Made by a program: the position numbers and the translations under genes. Shown here piece by piece: positions 25,796 through 35,518 of a DNA stretch of 64,000 nt; position 1 is the stretch's first letter; each line of letters starts with the position of its first letter. The stretch is from Vezdaea acicularis (Eukaryota): contig JAPEUI010000006.1 in the NCBI GenBank assembly GCA_026025075.1, forward strand, positions 1-64,000, in the 5' to 3' direction. The notes below the pieces were generated by a model. It did not search any database, had not been told where the DNA came from, and saw only the letters and a program-made list of their open reading frames with translations.

Positions 25796-28500
25796 ATGGC
25801 GCCAGGTAGAATAACACGAGCTATGGCTAAGGGAGCCGCCTCTTGCCAACCCTCCGGCTCCCCCCCACCACCTCCAAACCCTGCTGCCCTTGCCCCAGCT
25901 TCAGCAGGAATCGTGAAGAAGAAAGGTCGCACGGCCGCTACCGCCAAAAAGGGTGGGAAGAAAGCCTTGAGGCCTCGTGGCCCAGATGGGCGTTTCTTGA
26001 AGAAGCAAGAGATTGTCTCCCCGCCTCCCGCCAGACCCTCAACCCCACCTGTCCAAGGGGCAGAGCCCTTCGCTGCCGCTCTCTCACCAGTTGCCTCTCC
26101 ACCACCAGCCATCAAAGACGAGCCGTTGTCTCCACTGGGTGTCCCACCACCCATCATCATTGACGATGAGCTGCCTTCTTCCGCGACTGTCGTCCTCGGG
26201 ACACAGCCGGCTCCGTCGGCAACTGTCATCAAGACAGAGCGCGTCTCGTCGCCATCGCTCGAAGATGGTGGCGTGAAGCGCAAGCGCGACGGAGGAGAAA
26301 GAGAAGGTGAAGAGGAAGGAGAAGGGGACGAGCAAGCTTCGAAGAGAAGCAGACCGTCTCCAGAGGAGACCGGGATCGTGGTAAGTACAACCAACATCCT
26401 TCTACAACAGCTTAAACTGACTGACTCAAAGGTCCAGAAGCGCAAGCGAACCGCTCGTGTCCTGGAGGAAGAGGTGGAGGAGAAAGATGATCGAGCTCCG
26501 AAGCGGAGTAAGCCGTCTCCAAAGGAGACTAAGAAGTCTGAGGCCCCGTTGCCCAGAGTAAGTACAGCACTTTCCCAATAGCGACTTAAGCTAATAGGAT
26601 ATAGCGACGAAACCCTCCCCGCAAGGTAAAGCGGGAGTATGGCGGAGTCGAGGCAAGGCCTCCTCCAACCGATATCTCCGACATCCCTCTACCATCCACG
26701 GAGATGGTAGAGACATCGGTTCCTCTCGAGACCGCAGAGGTCGGAGGACATTCTCCAGAGGTCGAGAGGGCTCAGAGTCCCTCACCTCCCTCTTTGCCGC
26801 GGAGGAGCCCAACACGCCGGGCATCGGACAGCTCGTTCGCGACGAGCAGAGACACGACCACCATAGACCTATGGAGGATCCCGTCGTTCTCTCCGCGACC
26901 GGTCTGGGAGGAGGAGGAAGAGGCGCCGGTGCCACACGACTCCGAGGTCGTGCCGCTGGTCCCGGAGCCTCTCTCCTTCGATGACGGAGAAGCGCCTGTT
27001 CCACAGGCCTTCGAGTACGTCTCGTCATCCCCGGAGCCGCTGCCGACGGAACTCGGCTTCAAATTCGAGTCGCCGGGCCCAGATTCGCCGCCGACGATCT
27101 CGACACCGAGCACCGCTGCTCGACGGTCGTCGGGAACGCCACCTTCTCGCTCTCTCTCGCCGAGAGCGAGAACGAATATGCCAGGCAGGGCTTCTGCCAG
27201 TCCGTCCCTGGGACGAAGAAGACGTGATGGGTCTTCTTCGTCGTCCAGGGCGCGACCACATACGCCCAGCGACACCCAAGAGGTGCAGAGGCAAGAAAAA
27301 GAGGAAGAAGACGGCGAGCTCGATGGAGAGCATCCGGCAAAGCGGATGCACACAGAGCAAGGGGATGTCGGCCCCTTCTCTGTCTCGGCCTGCGTAACGC
27401 CGCAGAGCGACTTCGACGGTGGGCAACCGCCATCGGCCTCCCCGTCGACCCGAGCCTCGTTGAGCAGGCCGGAGATCAACATGTTGCTCCGCCAGCTCCT
27501 GGCATCGGGAAGGATATCGACGGCGTCGATGAGGAGAGACGAGGTTGGTGATTTCGACATCACCACCTTGTCGTTCGCCGAACAAAGGCGAGAGATCTTC
27601 GCCGCTGGCAACGTGCCAGCAACCCCGACGCCTCGCCCCGCCCTGACGCCCCTCCCCGCTCCGCCGACCCGCCCTACCCCGCCAACCCGACCTTCGTCGA
27701 GCAGGTCGGAGACCAGCAGGCTGCTCCGCCAGCTCGTGGCATCGGGGAGGATGAATGACAGGGATGATGAGCTCGAGCTCACCACCTTGTCGTTCGCCGA
27801 GCAAAGGCGGGAAATCTTCGCCGCTGCCGATGTGCCGATGGACGATTCGGCACGAAGCCAGGCGTCCCCCACCGCTCAGCTGGCTACTACGGACGTAGCT
27901 CAGCAAATAGAGCAGGATGAGCTGATGGCAATGTCGCTCATGTATGGGGACGAGGCGGAGGCAAAGCAAGAGACGGACGAAGAGATGGCGAGACGGCTTT
28001 GCGAGGAATGGAACGGGACCGGAGCTTCGAAAGCGAAGAAGGTCTCGGCCCCAACGCCCGACGCCCGGAGGCGTCCATTGGCATCGAGTTTGCTTCGCGG
28101 ACTCGAAGGAACTCCCGACGACTTGGTGGATCCAGGTCTGCGTAGAAGGAGGGACAGGAAACGCCTGTCCCCGCTACCGATCGAAAGGAGACGCCCCACC
28201 CCGCGATCGGCCCGCCCCTTGAGGTTCGGCGACGACCTTGACGACCCGCCGGAAATCCCGTCTGAGGAGGCGGAGAGAGAGGAGCAGTGGAGGAGGAGGG
28301 AGGCTGCTTACCGGAGAGAATGGCAAGACAATGAGTCCTCTGCCATTCCGAGCGTTCCCTCACCGACCTCTCCGACCTTTCGCCAACCCGATTGCATCGA
28401 TAGCGACGATGAGGACGGCGACGACAAAAAGGGCAAGAAAAAGGAGGACAAGCGCCCTGTCGAGAAGGGGGAAGATGCCAAGGAAGAGGACGAGGAGTGA
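25796..28500 (+). CDS. Orphan, largely disordered, probably nuclear protein (~868 aa); exons 25796-26380, 26432-26557, 26605-28500
   Basis: Two GTAAGT introns with branch sites join ORF 25796..26581 to ORF 26704..28500 in frame. Several KRKR/KKK NLS-like clusters. An internal duplicated block differs only at synonymous positions. Confidence 0.72.
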
Positions 28501-28716
28501 GCCTCCTTGCCTCCGAGAAAGCTGGCCCCCCTATCGACTCCGAATCCGAACGCCCCCTTGTCGACGGACTTGGATCCTTTCCCTTGCTTGCTGGAAGGTG
28601 AAGAAGAGGAAGGTATTCGGGCGTGGCTTGTTTCTCGGCGTGAGAAACGCCAATGCGAACCCCTTCGGCCGATCAGAACATCTCCTTCGCCGCCAGGCGG
28701 TTCCTCGGGTGCGACA

Positions 28717-28930
28717 GAGTGTGATCTCTATAACTCACTCCGCTATCATTCGACGACCTCCCTTACGAAAGAGCGTGATCTCTGTAACTCACTCCGCAGT
28801 CATTCGACATCCTCCCTAAAGAAAGAGCATGGTCTCTATGAATGCGACGTCTCCCATCACGAGCGTCGCCAGAGCGCGAATCTCTATAACTCACTCCGCT
28901 GTCATCGATTTCCTTCCTTTACGAAAGACT
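28717..28930. repeat. 54-bp tandem repeat (two full, one partial, one displaced copy)
   Basis: GAG(T/C)GTGATCTCT(A/G)TAACTCACTCCGC...TCATTCGAC...AAA at 28717 and 28771, partial at 28825, and again at ~28872. Confidence 0.85.
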
Positions 28931-29419
28931 GGGGTCCTCGACGAACTGATCACGATGTCTCCTCTTCTCTGCTAGCTGAGTATGATCTCCTTTGAATTCA
29001 TAGCGACGCCTTGTCTAGATTCCTGCTAGATCTGAAAACGTCTTCTCCTAAAGAGAATCTTCGCAGCAAGATCATCGCCTTGTTTTAAGTTCCGATTTTC
29101 CTTTAAGGTCATTTGAGAGCTTCTCTTCATTTGAAGGAAGATCGCATCATACTTTTCGGCCACAGCTCCGCCCTTTGTTCCTAGGATCGGCCCGTCCGCG
29201 TATACCCCAGAGGAACCCATCAAAGGCCTCAAGGTTGGAAAGGCAAGCGACTAGGAACGATACTTTCGTTTCTGGCTCCAGAATGCAAATGACTCTCGAT
29301 TGTAACCATCTGGAGGAGGCAGCTCGTCTTCCCGAGCCTTCTGGGTCAAGCAAACTCTTGACCTTGCCTTCACGTACTATCTTCCACCGAGATGTGATAG
29401 ATAAGTGTCTGTCAAAGCA

Positions 29420-29690
29420 GACTTCGTTATGTCCGCGCGGACTCCTATGATTCCCGCCAGAATACTCCTCCTGGCGACAGACTACTCTTTCCATCAGCCT
29501 CTGCTCCCTCGTAGCGCCGAACGTCAATCAATCAGCGGTACCCCTATTCGACGAATCAAAGAAAGCGCGAGTGTGTCCGACCTAATCAGCGCCGGTGTAT
29601 TCGGCACAGTTGAGAAAGTGCGTCGACTGACTTATATGTCCGCACGGACTCCTGTGTTTTCCCGCAAGAATACTCTTACCGGCGACAGGC
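29420..29690. repeat. Pair of ~60-bp direct repeats (29420-29480 and 29629-29688)
   Basis: TATGTCCGC(G/A)CGGACTCCT(A/G)TG...TTCCCGC(C/A)AGAATACTC...GGCGACAG occurs twice, ~207 bp apart. Confidence 0.8.
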
Positions 29691-29836
29691 GACAACTCGC
29701 AGGAGGCTCATCACCCTTACGACAACGACTTGGAATGAAACTTTCGGCGGCGATTTCGCCTTGGTAGAGTAAGTCGGGTGATTCTCCGAGTCATCGGAAT
29801 CTTTTTTTGAACTTTAAGTTATGGGCCACTATTGGA

Positions 29837-30605
29837 AAGTGGAAGAAGGTGAAGCGTTTTCGCACCTGTCTTCTCGCCTTTGCTCCTCTGGGAGCAACAG
29901 CGAGAGAACTAGCCTACGGGCTCGGGTTTTTTTCTAAGTGGAAGAAGGGGGAGGATTTCCTTTGTTTTCCGCACTCACCTCTGCTTCCTCGAGAGTAAGT
30001 GGGTGCGGCAGCGGCCCTAGTGGCCTGGGTTTTGCATCAAGCGGAAGAAGGGGGAGGATCTCATACAGCTCTTTCGCCTTTGCTCCTCTGGGAGCAAGAG
30101 CGAGAGGACTAGCCTACGGGCTCGGGTTTTTTTTCTAAGTGGAAGAAGGGGGAGGATTTCTTTTGTTTTCCGCACCCGCCTCTGCTCCTACGGGAGCAAG
30201 TGGATCCGGCTTAGGTTTTGCATTAAGTGGAAGAAGGCGGAGGATTTCCTTTGTTTTCCGCACCCGCCTCTGCTTCCATGGGCGCAAGTGAGTGCGGCAG
30301 CGGCCCTCGTGGCCTGGATTTTGCATTACGTGGAAGACGGGGGAGGATTACACACCGTTCTCTCGCCTTTGCTCCTCTGGGAGCAAGAGCGAGAGGACTA
30401 GCCTACGGGCTCGGGTTTTTTTCTAAGTGGAAGAAGGGGGAGGATTTCCTTTTGTTTTCCGCACCCGCCTCTGCTTCCAACGGGAGTAAGTGGGTGCGGC
30501 AGCGGCCCTTGTGGCCTGGGTTTTGCATTAAGTGGAAGAAGGTGGAGGACTGCTTTTTGCGCGTTTCATCATTCTCGGCTTCTACTCAGGAAGTATGAGA
30601 GGACT
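29837..30605 (+). repeat. Higher-order tandem array of eight ~100-bp units (A-B-A-B'-B-A-B-degenerate) with conserved hairpins
   Basis: Units start with AAGTGGAAGAAGG or a close variant at 29837, 29936, 30039, 30137, 30225, 30328, 30425 and 30530. Lengths are 99, 103, 98, 88, 103, 97 and 105 bp. Confidence 0.95.
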
Positions 30606-31045
30606 TGTCTTGCCCTTTGGTGGCTGCTTAGATAGAACGGGCGGGAGGAAGTGGAGGAGTTTCGTTTCGGTGGCGGCTCACGCTGTCTAGATGGGCACAA
30701 GGCATACTACGCGGTGGCACAGAAGCAGAAAGAGAAGTATGGGGGGCAAAAGTTTCATTTTCATTAGACTAGCTTAGGAGAGTCGTTATAGGCTAGTAGC
30801 AGTAGCAGCTGCAGTGATATAGTACAGAGAGACTTGAGAATGCCTTCTTATCATGCTTAACAAGAACGCGCTATTCGTATTGCACCGAAACGAAAAATCG
30901 ATCAAGAAAATGCTCGCATGCCTATATTGCTCGTCGTGATGTCGAAAAAGCTTTCATAACAGTCACCTGAAATGCCCGAAGAATATCGCTGCTGTTGCTA
31001 CCTGGCTCATTCATGTACTCCGTCCTTCATGCTGCCTTTGGGACT

Positions 31046-34000
31046 TTAGCATACCACGAGGTAGTTGCTCGGCACCAGGCCTCTCCCTCCTATTCCGCCG
31101 CCTGCTGCAGATCGGACTACCTCAGCTTCCCACCACCCGTCGTCCTGGAGCCGGAGCACCGCCACGATGTCGCCTTTGCCGAAGGAGAGTTCTTCGGGGA
31201 TGGCCGCTGTGTAAAGGTAGAGCGCTCGAGCTAGGCACAGTTCAGTTAGTCCTGAGAATGGAAAGGTGGAAAAGAAAGGTCATAGCTTACCATAATGTAT
31301 AATCTGCCGCCCATCCCTTGTCATCTGTTGTCGCCCATCACTACTGCCCATCGCCGCTGTCGACTTGCTCCGCTGCCTCCCTCCTTGCTGCTGACCATGC
31401 TGGCTCCCATAGCTGCCACCACCGCCGTCGTAATAGCTAGTTGGCCGCCCAGCCCCATGCCGGCCTCGTCCTCCACTTCCTCTGTACATCGATTCGCCGT
31501 CTTGCTGCTGCTGCTGTGGCGGCATGGCTAAGGTCATCTCGCTACCCACAGCACCACGCTGCGCATACATCGGGCTAGGAGATGCAGAGCGTGCTATGCT
31601 ATGGTTGTCTTGTCTGTCAGCAGGCGAGTGCTGGCGGCTGCCATACCCTCCTTGCTGATAGCGGCCTTGGGCACTTGAAGGTTGTTGGCGCCCGCTACCG
31701 TAACCTGGACGGGGGCTTGCGCTTCGCGGTGGAGCAGGGCTCGTGGCCCTAAGAGGCGCGCCATTGATGCTGCTATTACCGCGTGTGCTCGGTCGAGAAC
31801 TACCCTGGGTTGAACGAGGTGCTTGGGGCGAGCCGAATACGGCTGCAGTTTGGTCGATGTATTTCTGGCGCGTCTGCTGCATCTGAGCAGACGTGAAGGC
31901 CGGCTGAGGGAGGTCGAGTCGCTTCATTGGGGTGTCATAAGATGGAGGTGGTGTACCCCGCTGAGCGGAGGAGACAGGGTTGGCGAACTGTTGTGACTGC
32001 AATTTGGCGTCGGGAGCAGGAGTTGATAGGCCGTGGTATCGATCTGCTGACTGCCGAATAGAGGAGGCTTTGGTGACACCCTTAAGTTCGGCGAGGGCTG
32101 CAGCTATTGGATCATCGGTATCGGGGGTGGGAGCAGTATTGGAGCGATTATTCTGTCGTTTGTCCGGAGAGGCGACGTCGAAAACATTATTACCCACGTT
32201 CAGCTGGAAGTTGGCGCGTGGATCGGCCGGCTCAGGACTGCCACTCATGTGGCGGGGGTCACCGAGGACCATAGCTTGGGCGTCCTGGCCGTAAGCAGGT
32301 GGGCGGCGAGTCGGGCTTGTATTGCTGGACCCCCCTGTGAGACGTGCTGACCAAGTATTGCGGCTGCTCGGAGTCGTGACATTTGACGAGGCTTCATCGT
32401 TGCGGTTCAGATCGCGTTTACTTTTGCGACGGAACGGGCTGTGGCCTTGGAAGAAGCCACTTTTCTTCTTGTGTGCTAGTTGCTCGTCATTCGAACTGCC
32501 TTTTACCGGTGACTGCTTCCCGCTTGTGGGTTCAATGCTTGAGAACGAAGTCGGGTTCGAATAATCACTCTGGGAATCACGACTAGACGGCCTTGCTGGG
32601 CTAGGTGCAGAGCTTCTCTCAGATGGTGGACCGGTTCGACAATACATCGTCATGCCATCTTGAGGGTACTCGTTGTGAGGAACAGCTGCAAGTTTTCCAT
32701 GTTGCTCTCCTTGGTAGTCTAGCCGCTGTTGCTGCTGCTGCTGTCTTTGCTGTTCTTGATGTTGTTGGGCTGCGTGCAGGGGTGTGAGTGTAGTCTCTCT
32801 GCTAGGGGGTGTTTGTATATTCCCATGTCCCATCTGTGCGGCCAGTGCTGAGTTTGGATCATGATGGGACTCATACGTTGAGGGTTGTGGAGAAGAAGTT
32901 CGGTAAGCTGGGTTGATACTACGTGGAAATTGAGCAACAGAATACTGATCGTCCTCGGACTGCTCAGATTGCGAGTCGTTCACATCACCTCGGCAAAAGT
33001 TGATGTATTTAGGGGGATCTGGTATCTCTTGGCCAGTTCCCTTCTCCCGAATGAACGTGTTGATGTCTTTCTCGACTTCGCAACCCTCAAGGGATAAACG
33101 GATCTTTTCACAGGACTAGAGGGTTCGTTAGCAGGCATTCCTGTTTGGTAAGGCAGAATGACCTACGGCATCATCCGTAACGCAGACAGTGGACGAAATA
33201 TTTGCAAAGCTCCAAAGGCTGCTCTTCATAAAGTCCAGTCTTTCTTCCTCAAGGTCCTGAAATTTCTGCATATAGTTGTTAGCATGCCCCTCTACAAGAA
33301 AGCCATTGACATACATCGCAAGCGGCCTTCCAATCGCGGTTCCAACGTCCTGTAGTCTCCTCAAGCACTTTGATTGCTGCTTCATATTCCGCATTCGAGT
33401 TGGCAACTGATATTTGCGTCTTTTCAAGCTTCGCCTTGTTCTTGCGCTCCTCTTGTCCCATGACCATATGTCCCTGAGCTAGATAGCCTTTGATCCGTAG
33501 ACAATCTTGCTCATATCGATCCCTTGCCTAGAAGGAATGAGTTAATGGACACTTCCTTATGGATATGATATCGTGGTGGCAAACCTTGTTGGCGACGAGT
33601 GTCTGTTGACACTTGATCTTGAAGAGCTTTTCGATTCCTGTTTGTACAATCTTTCGTCGCTCCTTCATCCCTCCAGCAAAAGCCGCCAGCGGCTCTTCAA
33701 GCTCGCTCTTCATCTGCGCAGCAATACTCTGATGAGACTTTGCCATGGTATCAACCTCCCCACGCATCGTATCCAAGGACGACCGCAGGGTTCCCGCTTC
33801 ACATGACCCTAAAGGTTTCCGACACAACGCCAGTAACTTGCGAGCGTATTCGTCTTCAATAGCGGCACGAGCTGTCAAACAAGATTAGCGCTGACATGAA
33901 GATCCCTAAGACGTAGAGGGGTGCGCATACTATTATAGAATATCTTCAATTCGTCGCTAGTAACTTTTGCATTGTGCATGCGCTCCAAAAGCGGATGGAC

Positions 34001-34131
34001 GCCAGCATCGTCTTTGCCCCAGAAATTATTTGCAACTGCGATAGATTAGCTACTAGGCTCTGGTCATGATATCCGTAGAGGTACGAACAGGACATTGAGA
34101 CGGCTGGGCCGTCGGCGATGGTGCCGGGCAT
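31046..34131 (-). CDS. HOF1: F-BAR/SH3 cytokinesis protein (Hof1/Cdc15/Imp2 family), multi-intron
   Basis: Spliced N-terminal FCH region MS|FANNFWGKDDAG, ARAAIEDEYARKLLAL and KFQDLEEERLDF. The last exon is an SH3 domain: ARALYLYTAAIPEELSFGKGD...DDGWWE...GLVPSNY, stop TAA at 31048-31046. Confidence 0.93.
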
Positions 34132-34816
34132 TGTGCCTGCTTTCCCTTGTTTTTGTATGATGCCCCCCTAAGGCCTGGGGGCGTAGCTATAGCTACCTTC
34201 TCAGATCAAATCGGAAGAGTACGCCTAATAGTTATTGGGAATAGAAGAATGCGCTATAGTGCGAGACATGCGGCATTGGAAGACCTTCAAATGTCTGTGC
34301 GGGAGGTTGGAAAGGCATGAAATGGAGGTGGGTGGACGGTAGTCAAAGTGTTGACTCCAAAATTAGGCGGTTGCCTGGGGCAACGCTACCGAGTTACCTT
34401 GACCGAAAGCGACTTTGGAAATCAATACTGCCACCACAAGCGCTTTGATTGAGAGATATATTACTCAGGAAACCTCCGGGCTGAAGCCGAGTTACAAGGT
34501 CCTGAAATTTGTATTGGTTGTTCGTCTCGTTTCACCTCTGGGCTGCACGCAGCGAGTTGGCCAAGGTGTCTGTATTTTGCGGTCTACGCAATCAAAACGC
34601 ATTCTTATTATTCTGACAGTCTATTGTATCAATTCAATGAATTTGTCTTCAGCTTTCCCTACAAAATGACTGTGTTGAGCAGATTTGCTCAAGTTATGAG
34701 ATCTCAGAATCAACGCATGCCTCCCATAGTTTGCCAAGCGACTTAAAGCTGCGTTGTATTTTTGTGGCTACGGACACCATCCAGTCCAACAAGATCAGGA
34801 ACCGGTTGGGTCTCCC

Positions 34817-35518
34817 TTAGTAAAGGCCCCTCTGGTCCCGCTTCAGTGCTTCCCTTTCATGGTCCACAACCTTATAGCATCCGAGGAAATCCAGTAAATG
34901 TATCAGCTTAGTCTTGTGAATGCTGGACTTTGACTTCGTGTGCGCCGCACGTAGGTCAGCAGCGATGAGATAACAAGACATTATACGGTCAAGTTGACCA
35001 GCATCCATAGTCCTGAAGGTATCAACAGATTTTGCTCGTCGGAAATCGTCGGGAAAACGGCCATCACGAGTCATTTTCGGTTGGATCTCACTGAAGTCTG
35101 GGTCAGCGCCGTACAGGGACATATGGACGCAGGGCCAAAAATACCAATAACTCGAACCTCCTCGCACATTCCCATTTGCTAGCTGGACTGCCAAATTCGT
35201 GCGCCATACAAGATTGTCAAGCTGCATCTCAGAAGGTCCCTTATACCCCGCTCCAGAGGAATAATGCCCCGAATATTGACCGTCCTGATCGAAGTATGGC
35301 GAATTTGAACGCGCGACTACAGTAGACGATGTAGAGTATCGTGGTGCACCATAGAAATCGCTATTTTCAAGCCCTAATCGTACGTGGGTATAGGTATCCT
35401 CTATATCTCTTGCGCTCATTGCATCTCTTGCACTCATACTGCGATCTAGGGGATAAGGAGTTGTCGGGAGAGACCGGTAATGGCCGGGTTCGTCTCGGTG
35501 GTGAGGCATCAGAGTCAT
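34817..35518 (-). CDS. Hypothetical protein (233 aa)
   Basis: Only long ATG-initiated ORF in an otherwise gene-free interval; protein-like C-terminal half. No family recognised. Confidence 0.55.
   Translation of the reverse strand: MTLMPHHRDEPGHYRSLPTTPYPLDRSMSARDAMSARDIEDTYTHVRLGLENSDFYGAPRYSTSSTVVARSNSPYFDQDGQYSGHYSSGAGYKGPSEMQLDNLVWRTNLAVQLANGNVRGGSSYWYFWPCVHMSLYGADPDFSEIQPKMTRDGRFPDDFRRAKSVDTFRTMDAGQLDRIMSCYLIAADLRAAHTKSKSSIHKTKLIHLLDFLGCYKVVDHEREALKRDQRGLY

Noticed and set aside
26772..27969. Long antisense ORFs (366 aa, 314 aa) opposite the orphan gene
   Set aside because: They are shadows of a GC-rich, codon-biased sense ORF. The silent-site pattern and the splice sites support the + strand frame.
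29837..30605. CRISPR-like array, or coding repeat (ORFs 29807..29998, 29938..30138, 30227..30598)
   Set aside because: The segments between the conserved leaders are themselves repeated (A/B types), not unique spacers. The genome is eukaryotic and no cas genes are present. Unit lengths break the reading frame.
25224..30605. Autonomous transposon, Starship captain or Fanzor/TnpB locus
   Set aside because: No DDE, RT, tyrosine-recombinase, HUH/helicase or RuvC/zinc-finger motifs were recognisable, and I found no TIRs, LTRs or TSDs by eye.
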